NCBI GenBank assembly: GCA_000388065.2
Contig: KB932202.1
Length of the DNA stretch: 18,402 nucleotides
Reading direction: 5' to 3' (one strand)
Source: Fonticula alba ATCC 38817
Lineage: Eukaryota; Protista; Nucleariida
Under the pieces are notes generated by a model. It was not told the DNA's origin, ran no database searches, and saw nothing but the letters and a program-made list of their open reading frames with translations. Shown piece by piece: positions 10,615 through 18,402 of this stretch (positions are counted from its first letter, which is position 1; each line of letters starts with the position of its first letter). Both the position numbers and the translations under genes were made by a program.

Positions 10615-11204
10615 GCAGCCGATTGTGACCCAGCCCCCCGTGGGCTGGGTCTTCTTCGGGGGGCGGTGTTCCCCGGCGCACTCACTAGGCCATATCCACC
10701 GCTGAAGTGCCCCGGCCGTCTGGCGGGAGCGCCGTGCCCGCCTCCACGTCTTCTTCTCCTTGTCCCCCGTCCCAAGAGAAAGGTCCTCGCCTCCCCTTCT
10801 GGGGTGGTGTGCCCTGCTTGCCTGGGGCATCTGGCTCCCCGTTAGACTCGCATGAGGTGGCTGTCATCGCCTTGACCAGGCCCCCAGGGCGTGGTCCAGC
10901 GTCTCCAGTCCCTCCGACCGCCCAGGCCGACTGTCCCGCATGCTCGCGCTCTCTCGCCCGATATGGCAAGGGAACTGGCCCGGCTCACGCCTGCTAGGAT
11001 TGGCCCCTCGGCCATGTTGTGGGGGCAGACGAAAAAAACCTCACTCTCAACCTCACAGAGTTGGATGTCCCTTCGATCAACGAAGGCGTCTATTGGAACC
11101 CGCCACCAGACAAAGGCCACATTGCTGCGCGCTGTGGGTCACACACGCAGGCATATGGTGGGTGGGCCCAACGTCACGCGGCCGGCACCACAAATATGGT
11201 TCGA

Positions 11205-12064
11205 TTATATCCCAACGGCCGGATCGGAGGCATCATTGGAGAAGTGGATCTCAAAGGCCGACAGCGTGACCTTGATCTCCTTCAGGAGGGCCAGCTTCTC
11301 GGCGATGCGCTTCGCGGTTGGCGGGGCTCGGTTAGCGTTCCAGGCGGCGGTCGAGAGGGTGGGAGGAAAACAAAGAGAAGGACCCTTTGCTGGGGGGGGG
11401 GGGGGGGGGGGGAGAAGAGCGCACCTCCTTGTAGGCGGCGTCCTTGCGCAGGAGCGAGGTGACCTCCTCGTTGATGCCAACCTGCGGACGAAGGTGAGTG
11501 GCGGGTCTTCCTGGCCGAGGGGCAGGGGCGGGCGGGCGCGGGAGGGCATGCAAAAGGCCCGGGGCGGGTTGACGTACGTCTGGCACAGACGAGCCGGTAC
11601 GCTCCTCCGAGTAGAGCGTCTCGAGGAGAAGCTTGATCTGACCCATGGTCGCCTTGTAGAAGGTCATCAGCTGGCCGACCGCCTGAAGCAGTTGCTCATT
11701 GACCGGGAACTTCTCCGGCTAGAGCAGCCAAGGGCGAGGGGGCAAGGGAAGAGGACACCGGCGTGAGGAGGGAAATGGAGAAGGCAATGGTGAGGGGGGC
11801 GAATGTGGCGAGGGGCTGGAAGCGTACCGAGGCGCTGGAGGACGGCAGGACAAGGCCCTGCTGGCCGGTTTGGAGCATGATTGCCTGAACGGCGTGGAGA
11901 ATTGAACCGATTTTTGCCTATGGTCACGGAGTGTGAGGAAATCCCCAGGGGCTAGGGCAGGCGGGGGGGGGCAATACGCAGCGCACATCAATCAGCGAGA
12001 CAAGATCGGACGTCGGGAGGAGAGCAAGATCGCCGGGCAGCGGCGCGGGCTCGGTTGTGGACAT
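11205..12064 (-). CDS. Small three-helix protein, probable divergent Mediator subunit MED30 (156 aa)
   Basis: Exons 12064-11987, 11917-11828, 11718-11578, 11481-11425, 11309-11205, all phase 0 with GTRCGY donors, and Kozak gccATG. Product: MSTTEPAPLPGDLALLPTSDLVSLIDAKIGSILHAVQAIMLQTGQQGLVLPSSSASPEKFPVNEQLLQAVGQLMTFYKATMGQIKLLLETLYSEERTGSSVPDVGINEEVTSLLRKDAAYKERIAEKLALLKEIKVTLSAFEIHFSNDASDPAVGI. Helix spacing and hydrophobic pattern match MED30 as I recall it. Gene model confidence is high; the family call is moderate. Confidence 0.6.
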
Positions 12065-12447
12065 GGCGGGGGGACAAATTCAAAAAAGGAAAAAAACCCA
12101 AAGACTGGAGTTGCGAAATGGGACGGGCGGAACGCAGCGGGCGGAGGGAGGGGGGGCAGTTGCGCGGCCGGCCCCCGGGCTGGCGGCTTGGCATGGGCCT
12201 TTAAATGCAGGACGCCGGGCCGCATCACATGACACGAAGGCTGTTAATTATACCCCACAACTTAAGGGCCGGCACCGGGCTCGCCGGGGGGGGGGTGGTG
12301 CAGCTCCTCCTCCGCCTCCATTGAGCCTCCCCCCCCCCCCCCCGCATCCGCCCGGAACCTCTCTTGACCCTTTTGCCTTTTTGCCTCCGCACCTTTTCCC
12401 TGTTCGCCCTTCGCACTACGCCGGCATCCTGGACACCTCCCCCGAAG
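12065..12447. promoter_or_regulatory. Divergent promoter (MED30-like gene / EF-hand gene)
   Basis: 383 bp between two head-to-head ATGs. It contains TTTAAA (12200-12205) and GTTAATTATA (~12243-12252). The left half is purine-rich and the right half pyrimidine-rich. Confidence 0.65.
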
Positions 12448-14240
12448 ATGGTACACCATCAAGCAGACGGGCCCCATTGGCCCATCCCTTGTCGAGGCCA
12501 TGCCTTCGCTGACTCTGCCTCCGCCCCCGACTCCCTCACGGGCCAGACCCAATCCGACTCTTCTGCGGGCTCCAGCCGCTCGGATCTCGACATCGCGTCC
12601 GGCTCCGAGGAGGAGCTTGACCACCACCAAAATGACGCCCCCTCCAGTCCGGTCGAGCAGCATGCCCAGGCGCCCGCCAAGCTCTCGGCCGAGGAGGGCG
12701 ACATGCTGCAGAGCCTCTTCGAATCCTTCGATGCAGATGGCGACGGCGTGCTCAATGCCACGGAGTTCGCCAGGGTACGTAGATGCCGGCCCGGGCACGC
12801 TGCACCATGCCCCTCACCCGGACCACTGACGGGCTTTCCCGGCATCACTCTCGCCCCAGCTGCTGGAGGGACTGCGGGAGGGGTCGAATCCGCCTCTCAT
12901 CGAGCGCCAGACCACCAGGTGCTGGGATCATGTCAACCAGATGCTGTCGCAGCTGAGCCCCGAAGACGGCCACACGACCGCGGTCACCAAGCGCAACATC
13001 CAAATGTGTGTCGTTTGCGGCGCCCGCCCCCCCCCCCCCCCCCCCCCCAGGGCCACTCTTGCCCCTGCTCGCCCATGGCACTGACCCTTTTCCCGATGGC
13101 GCGCATGCGCGCCAGGATCCTCGAGGAACTGTATGACCAGGCATTCTTCGTGACGGAGCTCGGCCTGCCAGCCACCCGGTCGCGGACGCCATTGTCGCCG
13201 GAGCCGCGGTCGAGCGCCGGGTCTGGCCTCAAGTCCAACGTGCGTGCACGCGCGCGCGCGTCCGCTGCTCAATCCACCTCCGCGCCACCAAAGCCGGTCA
13301 CCCCTCCTGCGGATGTTGCTGCCTGTGGGCGACTGACACACCGCCCCTAAAAATATGCCGCCCCACATTCTCCTCACGCCCCTTTGCCCCTTTGTCCATG
13401 GATCGCCTGCCGCGACCGAAGCCCGAGCTCTTCATGATGCGCACAAATGACGCCAAGAACCTGGCGCTCCTGTCGTCGGTGACGGCCACCTCGCCGCCGT
13501 CGAATGTCGGGCGCGCGTCGCGGCGTTACGGCGGCGAAACCGAGGCCCGGTCGGCCGGATCGCGCGGCGGCTTCGGGGCATCGGTCAACTCGGCGGCACG
13601 AGCCCAGGAGCGCAGCGATGTGTCCCCCGAGGAGCAGGCCGAGATCGAGAAGCGCCGGATGCTGGAGCGCGAGCAGCTGGCCCGGCGCCTGAACATGGCC
13701 ATGAACTTCTCCAGTGCCAGCCGCCGGGCCGCGCCCAGGGGCACCGGCCCACAATCGTTCGCTCACGGGACGAACCCCGCGAACATTGGCCAGACCGAGA
13801 AAGTCAAGGTGACCGGCTTCGGCGTCGGTACGTCGATACTGGGGTGTCTGGGAGGCTTGCCCATGCTTGGGGACGGTGGGGGAGGAGAATCTGGCCTGCA
13901 GCCGGGCCGGCCCTCCGTCCGTGAAGGGGCTGCCAATGGGAGATCGTCCGAGGGAAGGGACATTGGCATGCGCACACACACACACACACATACACACATA
14001 CATACATACACACACGGGTGGCTGAGCAATCCACTGTCTAACACATGCCCGTATCCAGTGTATCCCACTTCCTCGGCTGTGACATCCAATGCCTCGTCGG
14101 CGGGCGCCCGGCCAGGCACCGCGACCGAGGCGCTGCTGGCCAAGGAACGTCTCGATGCCCAGAAGAAGCAGGACAGCGAGCGCGAATTGGCACGCATTCT
14201 GGCCGAGAAGCACCGGTCCGAGAAGGCGGCCCGGGCCTGA
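12448..14240 (+). CDS. EF-hand-containing hypothetical protein (~394 aa)
   Basis: Exons 12448-12774, 12860-13005, 13116-13239, 13422-13827, 14059-14240 join in frame. There is a canonical EF loop DADGDGVLNATE in helix context (MLQSLFESF...FAR) and a possible degenerate second loop (SPEDGHTTAVTKRNIQ). The C-terminus is charged and coiled-coil-like. CTAAC lies ~17 nt before the last acceptor. Confidence 0.75.
13027..13048. repeat. Poly-C homopolymer (22 C), representative of many intronic/flanking C or G runs
   Basis: Similar runs occur at 1-14, 4021-4034, 6632-6651, ~8758-8775, ~11392-11412 (G), ~16679-16690 and 17531-17547. Confidence 0.95.
13971..14014. repeat. Imperfect (CA)n/(CATA)n microsatellite in the last EF-hand gene intron
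   Basis: cgcacacacacacacacacatacacacatacatacatacacacg; it gives THTHTHIHTYTH in the read-through ORF. Confidence 0.9.
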
Positions 14241-14583
14241 GAGCGCCATTTCCCAACGCGCAGACGGCAAGGGCAGAGAAGACAGACAGGCGGCAGGGGG
14301 ATGGAAAAAAGGAAAGAAAGAAAAGAAAGAGTAAAAAGACCAGATGAAAACCTCTCACAGGATGGTCCCCGCGCGTCTCGTGCCCGCCCCCCCCCCCCTC
14401 CCCCGCACTTGGCGCCCATGCGGGTTTCCTTTGACGACCAAAGGGACACCGCCGATGGCGTGCACTCGCGCAAGCGCATGCATGCGAATCACAAAGCGCC
14501 CGAATAAACAGCATGTCAACATGGTAGAGGATGTACGAGCAACAGGCGAAGGGGGAGAATCTAGTGTACAACCGCAGGGCGGG

Positions 14584-14613
14584 GCGCGCGCGCGCGTATG
14601 CGCGCGCGCGCGC
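14584..14613. repeat. (GC)n-TAT-(GC)n self-complementary alternating purine-pyrimidine tract
   Basis: gcgcgcgcgcgcg tat gcgcgcgcgcgcgc, between the convergent 3' ends of the EF-hand and Alb1-like genes. Confidence 0.9.
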
Positions 14614-14675
14614 AAGAGACCGGCGAACAAGGGAGGGCGAAACTGGGTGCATCCATGACGAGAGGCAGTGGTTCT

Positions 14676-15357
14676 TCAATCCCAAAGGTTCTTCAGGCGC
14701 TCCTTCTCCTTCTTGCGCATCTGGTCCTTGGACACGCGAGTCTCCATCTTCAGGCCACGCTCGACGGCCTTCTCGACCTTCGCCTGGTAGGCCTTGGTCT
14801 TCTTTTGCAGGAAGCGCTTCTTGATGGACGCCTTGCCGGCCTTCGACAGCAGGGGGTTGGCTGACCGGGAGCCCTGAGGCAGGGCCTTGTAGGTGGCCAC
14901 ACCAACCGTCTGGAAAGCGCCCTTGGTGGGGTTGATCAGGGTGATGCCCTCGGAGATGGGACCCAGATCCTCGGCTACCGCGAGGGAGTAAATGGGAGAG
15001 AGGTAGGAGAGAAGAGGGAGAGGGGGAGAGAAAGGTAGGAGGAGGAAAGAAAGGCAGGAGGGAGAGAGAGAGAGAGAGGTAAGGGAGAAGAGAGAAAAGA
15101 GAAACAGAAGCAGAAAGAAACAGAGGGACGGAGAGATGGAGGGGGAACAGAAGATCAGGACAATTGATGGGGGACAATCGGCGGCGACAGGAGACAAAAG
15201 AGCAAGCCCATCGACACGGGAGGAGCAAGGGAGGAACGAAGCATCAGGAGGAGGACGCACTCTCGCGCTTGGCGTTGTCCAGGGCGATCTTCGTCTCCTC
15301 GAGACGCTTCTGCGTCTTGCGGGAGCCACGGGCGGGGGTGACCTTCTGCTTAGCCAT
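14676..15357 (-). CDS. Alb1/Ecm1-like pre-60S ribosome biogenesis/export factor (131 aa, basic)
   Basis: Exons 15357-15261 and 14974-14676 (phase 1, gtgcgt...tag). Product: MAKQKVTPARGSRKTQKRLEE...KKRFLQKKTKAYQAKVEKAVERGLKMETRVSKDQMRKKEKERLKNLWD. The N-terminal SRxxxR and the C-terminal lysine-rich helix ending in W[DE] resemble the Alb1/Ecm1 family as recalled. The gene model is solid; the family call is moderate. Confidence 0.6.
14982..15154. repeat. ~170-bp polypurine/polypyrimidine tract in the Alb1-like intron
   Basis: The plus strand is almost all A/G with only about a dozen pyrimidines and includes a (GA)n run. It occupies most of the longest intron in the window (286 nt). Confidence 0.9.
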
Positions 15358-16078
15358 GACTGAGGGAGGCGGGGGCGGGAGAAGGGAAAGGGGGGGAAAG
15401 AGAAGGGGGGAGGGGGGGGGATGTACCGGACTGCGGCAGTGCGGAGGGCGGTCCTACCACCGGCTTTTCGGCCATCGCCCGGCAAGCCATCCGCCACGGT
15501 CTCACACTCGTGGCCTGGGCGGGGGGCGAGGATGCCTCGGGCGCCCGTGCGTCGCCGCCGCACACGCGGCACCGCCAGGGGCCAACATGTCCCACGCACC
15601 GGGTCGGCATACGTGTTGCTATTGGCCAGCACACCCGGGCGCGCGCACGCACCGGAGCCACCCGGCCCAGAGGGACCGAGGGCAAGGACGCATTGGCAGC
15701 CCCGGGGGTGGTCGAGGCGCCGCACCTCGAAGCTCTGTCCCGTGACATGGCGGTGCGGCCCGTGATGCCGGCATCCCAAACGCATGGTGCTGCCCCCGAA
15801 CCGCTGGCGGGGTCCCCTAGGCCCCAGGCAGGCCGGCCCGACGGCCAGCGCGCAAGATCCAACACGCCCACGGAGGATTCCAGGTCAAAAACCACCACGC
15901 CTCCTGGCCCCGACGGCCCTCGGGGGCGGGAAGTCCCCTCCTCGCTACTCCGACCTCTCCCCTCCGCCTCCTCCCCCCTCCCCTCCCTCGTCACTGCCCT
16001 TGCCTCTTTAGGCTCGGCCCTTTCTCCCTCCCCTCACGCCCTCCCCGTGCCCTCTTCCACATCCGATTGGCAGCAAAG
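15358..16078. promoter_or_regulatory. Divergent promoter shared by the Alb1-like gene and CMS1
   Basis: 721 bp between head-to-head ATGs. ATTGG/CCAAT boxes lie at ~15621 and ~16066, and plus-strand skew flips from purine-rich to pyrimidine-rich. Confidence 0.65.
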
Positions 16079-17503
16079 ATGGCGGACTCTCTCGACGTGA
16101 ACTTCGTCCTGTCGGACATCGAGTCCGACTCGGAGGACGTCAAGCCCGGCACCAAGCGCAAGCAGCGGTCCTCCAGCGGCAGCCGCCCAGCGGCGCCCGG
16201 CGCCCAGGCCGGGAAGCCGGCCCGCGCGGCCAAGCCCGCTGCCGTTGCCAAGAAGGGCCAGCCCCCGGCCAAGCGCCTGCGCTTCGACAAGGCCTCGGAC
16301 CTGTCCACCAAGCCGGCGGCCGAACAGGCCGAGGGGGTCTGGCTTCGGCTGAAGGCCGAGCTTCAGCAGCAGTTCACCGACATGGAGCTCGGGGGCCTGA
16401 GCCTGCATGGTACGCGTGCCCTCTGGCCCGATCGGCGGCGCCCTGTGTCCACCCGCTTGAGAAGCCTCTCCCCCTCCTGACAAGCAACACGCCGGTCCTT
16501 TGCCCCGCCCGCACACCGGGCCATAGCCTCGCAGATCGCCGACACCAGTGCCTCCTTCGGGCTCCCGCGTGAGGACGCCAACCTGGTGCAGTTCATCAAG
16601 GAGGGTGCGTACGCCCCAGCCCCCGGGGCAGCCCCTTTCGCCCTGTCCCCTCCTGTTGCTCATTCGATGCGCCGCGTCCCCCCCCCCCCCTGCAGCCATC
16701 CCCACCTGGGACGTGGACCTTCGCCAGATGTCGGCCAAGGCGCGCAAGAAGCTCTCCAAGCACAAGTCCGACGGCCAGGACGGCGGGATGAAGGCCCTGC
16801 CGCGCGTCGTCATTGTGTGCTCCTCTGGCCAGCGCTGTGTCGATGTCATCCGGTGCGTCCCCGTCAAATGGGTCCCTCCTCCGTTGGTTGCATGCCGGTC
16901 TGCGCCGGTGCGCCCGCACTCACCTCCCTGCTGCTGCTGCTGCACATGCCCGCCTCGCGCCTCGGCGATCGAAGCCTGCTGGCCCCGTTCAAGGACATGT
17001 CGCCGATTGCCAAGCTCTTCTCCAAGCACTTCAAGGTGTCCGAGCAGGTGGACTTCCTCAACAAGAACGACTCCCGCATCTGCGTCGGCACGCCCAACCG
17101 CCTGGAGAAGCTGGCTTCCGAGGGTCCGTCCATGCCACGCATGCATACACACAGACACACCGATGCATTGCCATGTCTCCGCTCATGCGTTGTACCAACA
17201 AAACCTGCCCGCTCGGTCGATGGCCATGGCGCTCTGCCACGCACAGGCGCTCTGGATTTCTCCCGTGTCCAGGTGGTCATCTTCGACATGAAGGTCGATG
17301 CCACTGGCCGGTCGATTTTCGAAATTGCCGAGGTCCGCAAGGACCTGGCCTCCTTCTTCCGGACCACCCTGTCGAAGAACCTGATCGCCGACCAGACCCC
17401 CGCGGCCAAGGGGTCGGCCGCCACGTCGGCCCTGACCGATCTCCTGGGATCGGTGTTCGAGACGCCGGCCGGGACCGGGAATGCCAAGCTCGCGCTCTTC
17501 TGA
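16079..17503 (+). CDS. CMS1: Cms1/CMSS1 (U3-containing 90S pre-ribosome factor), 323 aa
   Basis: Exons 16079-16409, 16527-16604, 16696-16852, 16975-17123, 17247-17503 join in frame. Motifs VVIVCSSGQRCVDVIR, IAKLFSKHFKVSEQ, ICVGTPNRLEKL, VVIFD, IFEIAEVRKDL and terminal KLALF match CMSS1 (CSSAVR, KLFAKHIK, VGTPGRI, KLGLF). Confidence 0.93.
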
Positions 17504-17744
17504 GGTGGGTCTTCTGGCGATTTGTACTTTTCCCCCCCCCCCCCCCCCAGCTCGGCCCCCGGGCCGGCGTCACCGTGTACTCCCTCTCCTCTCCCGTTGC
17601 GCCGCGCGTTGGTCAAATATAGAAGCGAGCTGTGGCACTTTCTCCTGGCGTGGCTCTTGGGAGAACTCCATCGACAGCGGGCAAAGCAAGTTCCATGGGC
17701 CTAGGCATCGGAGGGGGGGGAGCCCCACCGGGCACAAGCATACA

Positions 17745-17792
17745 CACACACACACACACATATGTGTTTATATATATGTGTGTGTGTGTGTG
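17745..17792. repeat. Perfect 19-bp inverted repeat (CA)8TAT-loop-ATA(TG)8
   Basis: Arms 17745-17763 and 17774-17792 enclose a 10-nt loop (gtgtttatat) and are followed by TATAAA. It lies between the convergent CMS1 and ATP synthase e 3' ends. Confidence 0.9.
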
Positions 17793-18120
17793 CATATAAA
17801 TGCGTAGACACGCACACGTGCGGAGGGAGGGATGAAACTCATCTATTTGGCATGGAAACATGCTCTCTGTGTCCGCTGGCGTCGCCCACCCAAGAAGGGG
17901 GGCATAGCCAGGGGGTCGCGGCGCGGCGCGGCGTGAGGAGGTCCGCCTAGAGGAGATAGGGCAGGAGGAGACCGGCATTGCCTCCGGCGCACGCACGCAC
18001 GCGCGCGCGCGCGCGCACACACACACCGCCCACGAGCCGGTGTGTAGAGCATGCTGATGTGGCACACGCGCGCCCGCGCGCGCCCCATTTGTGTCTGTGT
18101 GAGAGAGCGGCGCAAGCGAC

Positions 18121-18387
18121 TTACTGGGTCTTGTACTTGGAGTCGAGAGAAAGCAGCCACTTCTCAACGTGAGCGGGGTTGTTGGAGTCGAAGGCCTCGA
18201 CGGGGCCGGCGTTGGCGGCGGCAGCGGCGGCGGCGGCGGCAGCGGCAGCGGCGGCCTCAAGGGCCTTGGCGGCGGCCTCGTCGGCAGCCTGCTGCTCCTT
18301 CAGGACGTTCTGGTGGTGGTTGGAGTAGTACTGGTACTTGGTGTAACCGTAAAACAGACCGTAGGCGAAGGCGCCAAGGCGGACAAC
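18121..18387 (-). CDS. ATP21: Mitochondrial ATP synthase subunit e (ATP21/TIM11/ATP5ME), last exon; 5' part beyond window
   Basis: VVRLGAFAYGLFYGYTKYQYYSNHH resembles the subunit-e TM segment (R..A...G..YG), followed by a coiled-coil and FDSNNPAHVEKWLLSLD. The ATG at 18393 is most likely part of a poly-C + gatgcag acceptor, so the exon starts at 18387. Confidence 0.72.
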   Translation of the reverse strand, partial: VVRLGAFAYGLFYGYTKYQYYSNHHQNVLKEQQAADEAAAKALEAAAAAAAAAAAAAANAGPVEAFDSNNPAHVEKWLLSLDSKYKTQ

Positions 18388-18402
18388 CTGCATCGGGGGG
18401 GG

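Noticed and set aside
14038-15228. 396-aa minus ORF with hydrophobic L/S/F/P runs suggesting TM segments
   Set aside because: It is a translation of pyrimidine-rich intron and UTR sequence overlapping the real Alb1-like gene in another frame.
14975-15260. Possible intronic C/D snoRNA in the Ribi-gene intron (TGATG and CTGA boxes)
   Set aside because: The C box is imperfect, there is no terminal stem, and I recognise no rRNA-complementary guide.
14676-15357. Possible RPL24/RLP24 identity for the basic minus-strand protein
   Set aside because: It lacks the N-terminal L24e/TRASH domain and the RNPRKxxWT motif; the C-terminal ...LKNLWD fits Alb1/Ecm1 better.
1-18402. CRISPR arrays, transposons, rRNA
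   Set aside because: There is no repeat-spacer periodicity, no transposase, RT or integrase motif, no TIR/LTR pair and no rRNA conserved sequence.

Overview
This is GC-rich, intron-rich eukaryotic genomic DNA. Seven spliced protein-coding genes can be built with consistent GT-AG frames, and their strands alternate strictly (- + - + - + -). In order they are: (1) an Mpd1/PDIA6-type protein disulfide isomerase whose 3' end runs off the window; (2) a ~1740-aa ALMT/FUSC/ArAE-family membrane transporter; (3) a small three-helix protein that looks like a divergent Mediator subunit MED30, missed by the ORF track because it has 5 short exons; (4) an EF-hand protein; (5) an Alb1/Ecm1-like pre-60S factor; (6) CMS1/CMSS1, head-to-head with gene 5; (7) the 3' exon of ATP synthase subunit e. 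Fungal-like gene content, GTRCGY donors and poly-C tracts suggest a holomycotan protist such as Fonticula, but this is inference only. There is no CRISPR array, rRNA, tRNA or recognisable transposon. The items most worth following up are the MED30-like gene, a splice-donor code with C at +4 and never A, frequent AAG acceptors, a 2.5-kb gene-free block centred on a ~30% GC island where purine skew flips as it does at the window's bidirectional promoters, a Cys cluster inside the transporter, and a UPRE/ERSE-like element upstream of the PDI. All family calls come from recalled motifs, not database searches.
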